63,338 nucleotides of DNA, filler included, from Basidiobolus ranarum (GCA_040143965.1; 30 parts of 30 records of this genome joined end to end with filler, not necessarily neighbours in it), one strand, 5' to 3'; shown: positions 10,612 to 23,320, numbered from the whole stretch's first letter. Program-made: numbers and translations. The notes: generated from the sequence alone by a model not told the origin.

Positions 10612-12625
10612 CGGAGCTCATGCGAAACGGAGCTGAAGAATGCGGTCTTGGCTTTATCGATCGCTGCTAGCTCTTTGAATCGTCTCACCTCTTCTTCATA
10701 AGCATAAATACTCATAATCGCGGATCCGGTCTGTCGACAAACCAGTTCAACAAAACCCCTGTTCATTAATCAATGGTCAATCAGTAAGTGTTTATCCACT
10801 ATCCCTTTTCTTCTCACAATTCGAAGAACTGCAACTAGAAACAATCGAAATATCGAAATCTTCCCACTTACTCATAATCTTCGTTGTATTCAGTTCTGGC
10901 GTTGAGTCCCATTACAAGCACACCTAGAACTCCTTCCTGAGTACTTCCTAGAATCGGACTTACTACTGCTTGGCGCGATGGTGTCTCCCATCCCCTAACC
11001 GGTATTTCTCCAAACCATTCGCCCAAATCAATCGTCACTATCTTCCGCGTGTCATGTGCAAGTTTAATAGCCCTTTGCAATTTATTGGTTGCGAATGATG
11101 ATGAGAGATCGATTTCAGTGAACATTGACGGATGTTCCTCTGTGGTTCCAACAGTCTGTGTAAGGTATAGGATGTTTGATGTTGTCTTGCTTTTAATGGG
11201 GACATCATAAGATTCTTCCAGATCCTCATCCCTCTCAGTATTGTGCATATACAACGCTGCAAAAGTTATGTCATATGGATTTTTGGCCAGAGCATTACCA
11301 ATCGCGGAGTAAACTTCGTTAGCACTTTTGGCTAGGCCTGCCTCTGCTCCTATATCTCTAAGTGTTTTTAATCTGCGTTCTGCAATCATCCGTTCAGTTA
11401 CTTCGACATAAGGATTAAGGAAGCCACCAACAGATCCATCTTCCTGTCTGATTGGTATATATGACCACTATAAATAAAGTTAGCTTGCTTTCTTAATGTA
11501 AACAAGTATCTTCCTCTTTTTTAACTCACCGTGATATATGTCTCCTCCAGAAACCCTTTCCTTATCATGAAGAGCGGATCATTCTCAACGTAAGTGCATT
11601 CTCCTTTCATGGCAAGGTTCGCCATTGGCCCAACTTCTCCCCATAACTCCTTCCAATGCTTTCGCCCTTCCATTCCGAACATTGCCGGATGTTTCTCCCC
11701 AGCAACTCCCCGATACCCGTCATTGCTAAAGAAGTAGTATCGTCAGTTTACCATTAAAGAGTACCGCCAACAGACTTATTTACAACTGAACAATTTACTT
11801 ACTATAAAATGGTGAACTCTGGACCCCACCAAATGGCCATAGGAAGTGTAGATGTCATACACAAGGACACCGATGTGAGAAGCGACTGAGGCCACTTTAT
11901 CACGGGACCCAAGGGTGTACGACACCAATCGTGGCTTCGCAACATCTCCCCCATTTCTCCTCCACCTGAAAGCAAGTTAACCAGCTAGATTAGAGTACTC
12001 TGATTAGTCTCTGTTGTAATTGATGTTGCTGTTGATACTCAATAATCAGCTACTAATTAACCACGAATAAACTCACCTGAGGTACTTTCCGCCAATCAGC
12101 GCAACAACAGTGTTGCTCGACCTCTACTGGTGTTGATTCTTTAACCTCGAATTCTTCCTCTGGAGTCTTTGTGTCTTCTAGGTCACCCTTATCAGAGTTA
12201 ATTATTGTCATATTGTCTGGCTTGACGGTTCCAGTTAATACTATCACTTCCTTATTGACACACACCCCATTCCACTCAATCTCTATCTCTTCTGCTTTTG
12301 CTGTCGGATATGCCTTCTCGCTCAATGCTATATCGGTTACGTCTTTGAGAATGCGTTGATATAGGCGAATAGTACAGGTGGTTGTGACAGAAGAAACACT
12401 TGAGCTTACTTCTTGGAGCCAAGTAGAAAATATAGATAAATACTTTGGGACTATCAGTGTCTGCCAATTGGTTGACTTTGTGAACTCTTGTATACCACAC
12501 AAGTTGAGAAAGTTACTATTGGCGAATAGAAGGGTCGAAGGAGTAGGTGAGTTTGATAGGTGAAGAGAAGAATATGATAGAATTAGTGCAGGTTGATTTA
12601 AACATTCCAAATACGACTCCAACAT
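10612..12625 (-). CDS. Fungal sensor histidine kinase (PAS/GAF-HisKA), 5 exons, 3' partial
   Basis: Exons 12625-12077, 11984-11803, 11725-11530, 11467-10872 and 10758-10612 are joined by GT(A/G)AGT..AG introns that splice in frame. Motifs GGGEMGEMLRSHDWCRTPLGP, WWGPEFTILYNDGY, ERRLKTLR, and H-box KTAFFSSVSHELR. Confidence 0.95.
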
Positions 12626-12731
12626 GATAGGNNNNNNNNNNNNNNNNNNNNNNNNNNNNNNNNNNNNNNNNNNNNTTAATTAATTAANNNNNNNNNNNNN
12701 NNNNNNNNNNNNNNNNNNNNNNNNNNNNNNN

Positions 12732-14310
12732 ATCTTTGTAAATACCTTGGCCACAGCAAGCTGATCCAAGAGTTAGTTAATTATTGGCAAAGGGTATTAA
12801 CTTCTGACTGCAATGCTGTTTAGGCCTGGACAGTCAAAACAGAGATAGAGGAATGCCTCCATTTTCTTAACAAATAAGTTTGGAGATTCTGCTGGAGACA
12901 TTGAATGCTTAACAAATCCTTTCTCCATTTTTTCTGCTATATACTTGTTGAGAATGCTGAGTTATGGCTGGATCAGTCCATAGATAGGCTCAAATGGAGG
13001 TTGTTTTCTTTCTTGGAGATCTAGAGAGCAGTCATATGGGTGATGAGTTGGGAGTATGACAGATATCTTCTGGTATTTGGGTGGGAGTTTAGGGACTATA
13101 GGTTTTGTTGGTTTCACCTCTTTAGCATCATTGTCTGTAGAAATTGGATTCTTAGCAGTTTAGAGGACTCTGGCTGATGATGAGCTGAATACTTTGCCAA
13201 TTGGCAAATACAAACTAGGAGATGGAACTTGCTTCAACCCAATAATCTTCTTCTTCAGTTGATTAGTGGGTTGTGCTGCATGAGCCATGAGTTACAAAGG
13301 ATGAAAGAATGGTGAGGTGAGTCAATAATAATAAAGGCTATTACTTCTTCAAGAGCAGTGGACATGAGTGTCGTAAAAGTTGTCTCATGTGTTATAGTGC
13401 CTGATGATAGCAGTTTTCTATCAATTACTTCTACCAGGACTGGACTATATTTCTTGATTGTTGGGATTGAGTGGGATTTTTCAAAGTCAGAATCAATACA
13501 ACAGGAGGAAGCCCTGTATCAAGAAGAGCAGTTGCTTTTATAGACTTGGAATTGGGTAGTGGGAGTGTAATGGGCAGCTTTAATGGCTAGTAAAACTGCA
13601 GAGATTGCAATGTATGGTGGAGAAGCATTTTCAAAGGTGGTTGGCCCAACTGCATGCCCATTATTGCATCTGGGTATTAGTACTTTCTGATGTTTGAGGA
13701 AAGTTATCTTTTGCTGGCATAGTATTAATTTTAAATCCAGGACTCTTTTTGGGACAGTTTCTGGCTGCATATCAAGTAGCTTCACAATAGAGATATAGAT
13801 TCTGTCATTGGCATTGATATTTCTCCTCAGGGCTAAGCCTTGTGAATTGAGTTCCATCAATTTGCATTGAGTCATTTGCTTGAGCTGTATCTTGTATTTG
13901 ATAGGAGTGAGATCTGAAAGTAGTTGAAGAGAGGAAGTAGAAAGGAGCTATTTTTTTTTGGTATCTTTCAAACAGCCTGTTGTCACATTTAACTGCCTGG
14001 TAAATAGCATCAGTCAAGGTCACTGGGGCAGCCATAGCAAATTAAAGATCCTCAATATTTTCTGCAAGTCCATATTGAAACTGGCTGATCAGGGCATATT
14101 ATTCCCAGTTGAGATCACAGCCAAGAAGGCAAAATTTTCCAGCATATGCTGATGCATGATTTCACCCTTGTTTAAGTGCACAATGCTTGGTTGATGAAGT
14201 TCTTTTCTTGTCTGCATTTCCTAATGTGGCTTCCAGATCAACAACAAAGGCAAGGAAGTTGAAAAGAAGTGGAGATTGATTTTCCATCAAAGGAGCAAAC
14301 CATGACACTT
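12732..14310 (-). mobile_element. Ty3/gypsy (chromovirus-like) gag-protease-RT, pseudogenised
   Basis: Gag WFAPLMENQSPLL..LKQG..ASAYAGKF..LNW..ALISQFQYGL..AVKCDNRL; protease ALLDTG..IDSDF..SWLMQHNPLIN; RT start LPTHHPYDC..KGFVKHSMSPA..YPLPII..LLDQL..AKVFTK. Order is PR then RT. Confidence 0.92.
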
Positions 14311-14456
14311 CATAAGGGTGCTATTTTTAGTATATCCCATCAATATGATCAGCCAAATCAGAGATGGTGTGACAGATGAGTCATTAGGGTATTTACCAGA
14401 TATTTCCAGTAATGAGTGCTAATATCTGTTTATATTAAGTTGTTTCTAAGCAATTT

Positions 14457-14749
14457 CCCTAACAGAAATACAGGATTGTTTTTGTAGGAAGACCCTCACA
14501 ATTTTAGTCCATTTGGGATTGACTGTTTACTTACCATCATATAATTGTCAAGTTAGATTTGATTTTAATCAATTTTTTCAGTTTCAGAAGTGAAATTTCA
14601 AGATCTCACAAAATAGTTGCGCATGATTGGCTAAAATCTGGAGAGCCGTGAGTTTTATTTGCTGGTGTTTTGGCTTGTTGAGAGGTGCCAGGTGTTGGAT
14701 AAACTTCCGAATTTAGCACTCTTCCAACTGGTGTACCTGGTTCCATGGT
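14457..14749 (+). mobile_element. CMC transposon left end (internally deleted copy)
   Basis: Starts CCCTAACAGAAATA, the inverted match of the right terminus TATTTTTGTTAGGG. Aligns to 45431..45625 and then jumps into ORF X. Confidence 0.8.
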
Positions 14750-14849
14750 NNNNNNNNNNNNNNNNNNNNNNNNNNNNNNNNNNNNNNNNNNNNTTAATTA
14801 ATTAANNNNNNNNNNNNNNNNNNNNNNNNNNNNNNNNNNNNNNNNNNNN

Positions 14850-15814
14850 AAATGATGCTTTGTGTGAAATTGTCAGTGTTAGTGTATGATAATCTGATTA
14901 CCAATGTATCGGCAAAACTAGTGATGGTTGTAATGCAATGGGTTAAGGAGACTCCGGTATATACTAACTTGCCAACAAAGGGCACTTTTTAATGTACTCA
15001 TGTGTTTTTGGATTGTTTGAGCACAATAATAGCAACAAAGCCCAATCGATGGATACGGAGTAAGGACCTCAATAATTTGACTGATTTGCTTGTGTGATAA
15101 TCTAATGGTATTTTTAGGAAAGCTGCAAGACAGACTTCTTGGTGAGATAGATGGAGATATGGAGTATCACTGTTTTAGCCATGGGGTAATCTATTCAAGC
15201 AATGACACATTGACTGGTGGCAGGATATTTGTTGACTGCAAGTTGGTGATGTATTTGCTGAATTCTGTATGGAAATTTGCAAAAATCCAAGAGCTTGTTG
15301 TCATTGTGAATGGTAACAAGAGTCATCTAATTGCCTAGTATCAGTGCAATTCAAAATTTCAGATGTTTAGCAACTTTTTCATCATTAGTTTCCGGGTAAG
15401 CATATTGATGTTGTTGAGTTATGTCTAATCAGTCAAGTATTTGCATATGTAGAGACTAAACACAACAAGATTGTTGTATTTTTTGATTCTCATTATGGCT
15501 GGAATACATATCCTAAAATATCTACATAAAGGCATGCATATTAATTTGAACTCCTGCAGCAGTAAACCCAGCAATTTGTCATTTAAAATTAGATTTTTGC
15601 AAAAATTGGTGGATGTTGAATAATGCAAGCCAAATTTGAGGATCGGTACTTTAACATGTATGAATACTGTTAAAATAAGATCAAGAAACCGACATCACAC
15701 CGTCAAAATTCCTGGCAGCATGCAAGCCACCAATATTGTGGCTGTTCTCTGATGGTTTTGCTATTTTGGAGGGCGGCTCTCATCCGGATCATATTGATTT
15801 TGTTTCTGTTGGGG
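14850..15814 (+). mobile_element. CMC transposon tnp2 3' region and right end
   Basis: Aligns to 51810..52688 and ends TTTCTGTTGGGG. Confidence 0.85.
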
Positions 15815-16557
15815 CAGTTGTTTCTTGCAAATCCAAGCAATGACTGCATCACTACAGAGAAATGTATATCCAGTGATAGAACTACTGTCCTCAATATCAC
15901 ATCCCCAATCTGCATCACTAAACCCAATTAGATACTTACTCTTATAAGAAATTGTGTATCTTAATCCCATATCAATTGTCCCCTTCAAATATCAGAAAAT
16001 CCACTCAACTGCTGCATAATGCTTGGATCCTGGGTTTTGCAGATGGTGGCTAATTACACCCACTGAAAAAGAGATATCTGGCCAGAATTCAGTGATAGAA
16101 TATATCACACTGCCTACCATAGTTTGAAAAGAGAACTCAGGGCTTTCAAATGACATATTTTGAGCCATGTATTGCAAATTTTCATCAATTTTGATGTGAT
16201 TATGACTAGTTTCACACCTGGATCCATGAAAGTTGCTACTGGCTTACAATTCTCCATCCTGTATCCTCTGAGAATGTCTGAGATGTATTTAGATTGATCA
16301 GAGTGATAGATTTGCTCAATATATCTGTATGGATCTCCAGGCCTAAAAAATATGTAAGTCTACCTAAATTGGTCATCTTGAATTGGACTGATAAATCTCT
16401 TTTAGTGTTCCTGAGAGCTTCATCATTATTGGTAGCTACTATCAGATCATCCACATATAAAGCAAGTATCACCTTACTGACCTTATCAGTCTTAAAGATG
16501 ATCCCAAAATCTGTTGTACTCTTTTGAAATCAAGTGATTGCAAATATGTGTCTATGT
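15815..16557 (-). mobile_element. Ty1/copia RT-RNase H fragment
   Basis: LALYVDDLIVA, FKMTNLGRLTYFLGLEI, LIGFSDADWG..SITGYTF. Confidence 0.92.
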
Positions 16558-16559
16558 TA

Positions 16560-16867
16560 CCCAAACAAAAATAAAATCAATTTGATCCTGATTGGATCCA
16601 CTCTCCAAGTTAGCAAAACCGTCACAATATTGCTGGCTTGCATTCTTCCAGGGATTTTGATGGTGTGATGGCGGTTTCTTGACGGTATCTTAATGGTATT
16701 CATACATGTTAAAATATTGATCCTCAAATTTGGCATTTGTTATTCAATAACCAGCAATTTTTGCAAAAATATAATTTTCAAATGGCAAATTACTGGGTTT
16801 ACTGTTGTAGGAATTCAAATTAATATGCATGCCTTTATTTTGATATTTTAGGCTTTGTATTCCGGCC
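16560..16867 (-). mobile_element. CMC transposon right end
   Basis: TA|CCCAAACAAAAATAAAATC terminus plus subterminal ACC(G/A)TCA motifs. Confidence 0.85.
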
Positions 16868-16967
16868 NNNNNNNNNNNNNNNNNNNNNNNNNNNNNNNNN
16901 NNNNNNNNNNNTTAATTAATTAANNNNNNNNNNNNNNNNNNNNNNNNNNNNNNNNNNNNNNNNNNNN

Positions 16968-18985
16968 TGGTGACATTCATATGCATGGTGTGGGATTGAT
17001 TGAAATCCCATATGAAAATGGACAGAGGGAGCAGCATGTTGCTGTAGCTCAAGTACAGCATTTGGAAGGTCTTGTATCATTGTTGGGTGACTCTCTGACT
17101 GATGCCTAGTTGCTTCAGAATGCTGCATTAAATGCTATATTGCATGATTATTGCTTGTCATGGCTTGTACAACAACTTGATAGCTTTTACTTATGATTCC
17201 ATACAAATCAATATGGTGTTCTGACTGTGATTCCCTTGTTGTAACAACTCTATAGAAATTTTCTACAGAGGGTTGTTCAATAGTTGGCAAAGTAGCTTTT
17301 TTGGAAGTTTATGGTCTTCATGGTTTTTCTGTTGATCTTTGCCCTACTATTGCCTTACTACATAATTGGGGAATTACAATCTCTTCACTTGCACTATTGC
17401 TGGATAGGAACACATCTGATAAATTGATTAATGCTTCATCATTACTTGAGTTAGTTTCTAGTATGCTTATGCCATCCAAAGTGGAGAGGGCATCAGTAGA
17501 CTGCCCATCAATTAAGTCCCCTGTTCTTGGTGGTTTCTTTCCTTTTGCACCAGTAGGCTTTTGCTTGGAAGCCTATTTTGATTTAGATTTTGAATGCTTT
17601 TTTAATGGCATTAAAATTTTCAGATGGTGAGCTTGGTATAAATAAAATGCTTAGAAACAGCTTATGAGAAGCCAAAATTGCCATCCATAAGAGGAAATAT
17701 CTTGTAAATATCCCTAATGACTCATCTCTGATACCATCTCAGAATCAGCTGATGAAATTGATGCACTATACCTAAAATAACACTCTTAATTATGAAGTAT
17801 TCCTTTTTGACTCTATCCTTCTCATTACACAACACAAACATTAAAAGAGGCCTGCTATTATTGTCACAATTTTTAGTTTTGCTGACCAAGTCCGCTGGCT
17901 ATGCTTGGCCTCAAAGTTTTGGTAACATTACCAAAAGTCAGGATACTGTGTAGTTACTACAGCTATATGACCAGAAGGATGTAGGTAGGAATGTAACTTT
18001 TGTCAAACCAGCAAGTCCAGACAACTGTGAGGACTTTGTTCTAGATGTTGACCTTGGTTAATCCAGTACTGATGGTAGTATAGCAGAAGTTGAATAAGAT
18101 GACAATGGTTTTGTTACAGACTTTTTGTTATTGGCATGCATTAGTTCTCTCATAACACCTACAGTAAAGGAAGCAGCTTTGATTATTGAGGTGTGGAGAG
18201 TTGAATCCAATCATAGCAACCAGATGTTTGTTGGTTTTCTTACACTTTTACCACAGTTGATTGGCAACTGTTACTTGCCACACACCTGGTATTAGTGGAA
18301 AACACTTGGCAATTGTATGACTTATATTTTGTTGGAGGATCTTGACTTAATGGGGGTAGATTTTGGTTATTATGAGCAACTTATTATAGTGTGTTTTAGT
18401 TACTTTATTGTTAAGAGTATATGGTGACTTATATAGTAGAGGAGTCAAACAAATGTTTGAGATATTCAGGAGTTTCTGTAATAAGATATAATAGATGAGT
18501 GGGGGTAATAAGATGTACTTGTTATACAGATATAGAGATATTCCTATTTCAAAAATAGGGGTTATAGATACGTTGCTTTCTGTTTATGATATATATATAT
18601 CATAATTAAAGTTAACTGTGATGTTGAATAAAGATTAATTATGCAACATATTCCTTCAGTAATTAAACAACCTTCATGTCCAAATGGTTGATTGGCTTTC
18701 ACCAGTGATCTGAAAAACCTGTAGTCATGTACTGATTGCACACAATTGGCAATCACTGAATCTGGTAAATATGGTTCATATTCTGCTTACATAATGTTGA
18801 TTCCACATCTTAAAGTTTTGATGAAATCACCCAATTATAGATCATTGATCCAATACCAAAGTACTCACCATAGAGCTGATGGTAGTACCAATACACTTGA
18901 TGGATATCACTACCAGAATCTGAAAAGTCAAGGTTTCTTTGAGAACACGTATGATCATGCAGTTGCATTGGCTCTGGATGGTTTC
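16968..18985 (+). mobile_element. CMC transposon centre: ORF X 5' half (minus) and tnp2 5' half (plus), interrupted by a solo LTR
   Basis: tnp2 N-terminus ..FVGFLTLLPQL..LPHTWY..CPNG*LAFTSDLKNL*SCTDC..LDGYHYQNLKSQGFF..ALALDGF. Confidence 0.88.
18330..18648 (-). repeat. Solo LTR (copia family A, 319 bp) with 5-bp target-site duplication
   Basis: TGTTG...CAACA termini flanked by TATTT / TATTC. Uninterrupted sites are seen near 20140 and 44283 (rc). The same LTR is at 36274..36590. Confidence 0.9.
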
Positions 18986-19085
18986 NNNNNNNNNNNNNNN
19001 NNNNNNNNNNNNNNNNNNNNNNNNNNNNNTTAATTAATTAANNNNNNNNNNNNNNNNNNNNNNNNNNNNNNNNNNNNNNNNNNNN

Positions 19086-20270
19086 AATAAACGCCTAGAT
19101 GAGTGGATATTGATGGGAGTCCTGGTAAAATATGATGGTATCTTGATGTTTTCAAGCATTTTCCCAATTGATTCAAACTTTGATCCTATCTCAAATAGTT
19201 CATTCATATTGAGTTTTCCACTATATAGCTGAGTGAGTAGTATTGGAATGTTGTTGAATAGTAAGTGCATAGTGCCAAATGGGAAGCTCTGGCTCTAGCT
19301 GATCCTCCTTAGCAATATACTCTTAGGCTTTTTGCTAATACCAAGTTTGATGTTAGACTGACTATTTAGTGTATAGATATCAGTGATCATGTTGAAATCT
19401 GACTGGGCTCTTGAAAATAAAATCATGGAGTTTAGTGTTGTATTTATATAGTAGTAATGCCTATGCCTGATAGAGTAAACTCCATTAATTTGACAAAATC
19501 TACAGCAAGGTAGCGCATGGTGCCCACAAAAACCTCCAAGTTTACTGATGGTAGGAGTGTCACCAATACATAAAATGATATTAGCTTTAATAAAATATTC
19601 ACTCATCTGAACCCCATTAGATAATCATTCAAATTCCGTAATCAAAGGCTCCAAGAAGCTATCTATAAGCACTTGTGATTTAGGTCCAGATATGATGGAT
19701 AGTGTCAAAATATTACAACTCTTATACTGTTCAGAAGGAGAAAGAATTAGGTTGATTAAAATTATTGTCCAGCAAGCTTTTCCAATGGTATATTTGTTTT
19801 TTGAGAAACCATCCAGAGCTAATGGAAATGCATGATCATCCATGTTTGCAAAGAAACCTTGACTTTTCAAATTCTGGTAGTGATATCCATCAAGTATATT
19901 GGTAATACCATCAGCTTTACGGTGAGTACTTTGGTATTGGATCAATGATCTATCTTTGGGTAATTTCATCCAAACTTTAAGATAGGGAATCTTCACTATG
20001 TAAGCCAAATATGAATAGTATTTACCTGATTCAGTGATTGCCAATTGTGTACAAACAGTACATGACTTCAGGTTTTTCAGATCACTGGTGAAAGCCAAAC
20101 ATCCATTTGGACATGGAGGTAGTTTAATTACTGAAGGATCATAAGTCATACAATTGAGCCTCTGCCTTGCATAGCACAAGAATTTGTGACAAAAATAGCA
20201 GGGCTTCTTTAAACATTTTTGTTGCAGCACAAGAAGGATAGTGTAGAAAAAAGAACACCTCCTACCTTAG
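19086..20270 (-). mobile_element. Tnp2-family (CACTA/EnSpm/CMC) transposase, pseudogenised
   Basis: CPNGCLAF..C..C, LALDGF, CWTIILINL.LSPSE.YK..NIL.LSIISGPK, DSFLEPLI.E, GDTPTISKLGGF.GH.A..CRFC, MHLLFNNIP. Confidence 0.93.
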
Positions 20271-20441
20271 GTTGGTATTTTAGGTATAGCCCATCAATAT
20301 CATCAGCTGATTCTGAGATGGTGTCACAGATGAATGATCAGGGGATTTACAAGATATTTCCAGCAATGGATGGCAATTTAGGCTTATTAAAGCTGTTTCT
20401 AAGCAATATCTTTACACTAAGTTTACCATCTGAAAATTTCA

Positions 20442-21103
20442 TTGCCATTAAAAAACTTTCAAAATCTTAATCAAATTGGCTTCCAAGCCAAAGCCTGCTG
20501 GCACAAAAGGAAAAAACCGGAAAGAACAGAGGACTTAATTGATGAGCAGTCTAGCAATCCACTGTCTACTTTGGAATGCATTACCATGCCAGAAACTAAC
20601 TCAAGTAATGATGAAGCATTAATCAATTTATCAGATGTGATCCTGTCCAGCAATAGTGCAAGCGAACAGATTGTAATCCCGCAATTACGTAGTAAATCAA
20701 TAGTTGAGCAAAGTTCAACCAAAACACCATCAAGACCATCAACTTCCAAAATAGCTACTTTGCCCACTATTGAACAATCCTCCATAGAAAATTTTGATAG
20801 AACTATTGCAATAAGGGAATTGCAGGTACAACACTGTAGTGATTTGTACACAATCATAAGTAAATACTATGAAGTTGCTATACAGGCCATGACAAGCAAT
20901 AATGCTGCAATATTGCAATTAATGCAGTGTTTGGAAGCAACTAGTCAACAGTTAGAGAGTCACTCCACAATGATACCAGACCTTCAGAATGCTGTACTTG
21001 AGCTACAGCAACATGCAGCTCCCTCCATCCATTCTCATACGGGATTTTAATGAATCCCACACCATACATATGAATGTCACTGTGACAATCTAGCAGAGCA
21101 GTT
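20442..21103 (+). mobile_element. CMC accessory ORF X, N-terminal part (Ser/Thr-rich plus coiled coil)
   Basis: 202-aa ORF divergent from tnp2 on the same contig; homologous copies at 5480..6075 and 16968..17610 (rc). Confidence 0.7.
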
Positions 21104-22958
21104 NNNNNNNNNNNNNNNNNNNNNNNNNNNNNNNNNNNNNNNNNNNNTTAATTAATTAANNNNNNNNNNNNNNNNNNNNNNNNNNNNNNNNNNNNNNNNN
21201 NNNCAATAAAGCATTGGGAAATTGAATTAATTTTAAGCTTTCCTACCATTATGTGTTTCCAATTTTTGGGAGTGAGGTTAATTGTGCACTTGTATTATAG
21301 AATAGATACCAATTCGGTTTCCAGCATCAAGGCATTATGTCGTATCCTACATTCTGATCGGACTTGATCGGTTGATTGGCCGGCCCTTTAAATGATCGGT
21401 CAACTGTTGATATATAGAACCAACTCTCGGCGCAGTTGACTTCGCCCAAGAAACTATTGTAGCTTCGCCATACCAACACACACACATATATATATATCAT
21501 TCTACCTGAATGACGTGATATTTCCTAATAGCTTGAATAATTACTTTGTCTATACCTTGAAACATATTTCCTATTCCCTGTTCCTTTCCTCCATTGTCCC
21601 CCGCTCCTTCATCTGATCCTGTCTTAAGAAAAGGTCAACTCTGCCTTGTTCTAGTCAGGATTTATGACAAATTGTCACAGGCTTCTTGAAGTTGTTAAGA
21701 ATTCTGAGGGTAAACTTGTCACTTTAGAGTAAATAAATCCATTTTTAAACACAGATCCGCTTGAGAGAATTTACTACTGAGTCGCACATCTAGCAACTGG
21801 TCACTCTGAACAATTATTGAAACATGCCAACTTAAGATACAATCATCACAATGCATGCATAATATCAGTGCTAGAGTTTCGGTGCTATAATTGATAATTT
21901 AGGCTCAAGTACCAGTCCATCCACATATACAAATGATGTCAGTATTTATCCTGATGGCATTCAGAATCTCAAAGAATCAGCTGCTGTTTGCCTGCTATTC
22001 CTTGCGTCCTGTAAACTTTGAACCCTATAAAAGAAAAAGAAATGCTTAGAGAGCCAGCATGGAAAGAACGCAATATATGTTTGAATATATCTTACCGGAA
22101 GACATTGAAGTATGGACAATTGTGAATGACAGTAAACAATCTAGTTTGACAATCAAAAGAGATTACTTAGCGGAAATTCAATAGACGTGTAAAACCAACA
22201 ACGAACTATTGTTGAGATTCTCGTCTTGGAGACCCTAATCGATCAGTAAAATGACTTCAGATAATTCCAGTAATTACTATAGCTAATGATACACGAATGG
22301 CACAAGATATCTATACAATACTACTTATTATAAAGCAAAGAGAAAAAATCCGGCTTTGAGTAATATTATATTTGTAAACCACTGGAATGAAGAAGTCTAC
22401 TTAATACTGACGTAAGAATGGCATAATAAATGACAGAGATAGTTGATAGTACAAAGACTGCGTAATAGTTTTGAAACCACAGTGATAGGACATGAGCAGA
22501 AGAATGAAGAATACACGGCTACTTCTAAAGTAAGTACAATGTTTGAAATGGCTTCAATCGAACTTCTAAACCAGGTACAAAATATTGCTTTAACAAGTAA
22601 TCTCTTTATGCCACATGTTGTACTACAGAATATGCTAATATTATTTGTAAAATTTAACCAGAAGCGCAAGTCGAGAATTCCACATCAGTGTGATACGCCT
22701 AAATAATATATACACATTTGTATTCATCATAACTATAATCCTGCATCTGTACTACGTATCAAGACAGATGGAATCTTGTATTCGCACTATTGTAACAAGA
22801 CCGATATAACCCTGGCTTGTGGTGGATATAACACTGTAATTATATATATGGATATAGGACTCTATTTATTATAAGGGTTTTGATTAGTGAGTAGTGCTTG
22901 AGAAACGATTGATCCAAATTAGAAACAGGTTAAGAATAACCAGAAGATATGGTTGGAG

Positions 22959-23219
22959 CTATACAAAATGTGCATGATCCAAGGCCATACATTCTATGCT
23001 AGGCTTGGGTCTAAAACAGTGGGTGCAAAACTTCGATACGTCTTTCTTAACAACATTTTTCCACGTGTAGTAAATGCTTCTGTCCACGGATTTCATATGT
23101 GCTATCAAATCATCAATGGTAGAGAAGTCTCGCATATTGATAAAGCTGTTGTTTGGTACATAGGAGTCTATATCAGAGGCACCGTAATAAACCGGAATGG
23201 CACCGCTGCTGAGAGCATC
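22959..23219 (-). CDS. Alpha-1,3-fucosyltransferase (GT10) C-terminus, 5' partial; absent from the ORF track
   Basis: DALSSGAIPVYYGASDIDSYVPNNSFINMRDFSTIDDLIAHMKSVDRSIYYTWK matches the GT10 motif region; open to TAG at 22959. Confidence 0.88.
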   Translation of the reverse strand, partial: DALSSGAIPVYYGASDIDSYVPNNSFINMRDFSTIDDLIAHMKSVDRSIYYTWKNVVKKDVSKFCTHCFRPKPSIECMALDHAHFV

Positions 23220-23320
23220 ANNNNNNNNNNNNNNNNNNNNNNNNNNNNNNNNNNNNNNNNNNNNTTAATTAATTAANNNNNNNNNNNNNNNNNNNNNNNN
23301 NNNNNNNNNNNNNNNNNNNN

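Noticed and set aside
10612-12625. Bacterial contamination
   Set aside because: Four canonical spliceosomal introns restore the reading frame.
22953-23276. 107-aa plus-strand ORF
   Set aside because: Antisense to the GT10 C-terminus.
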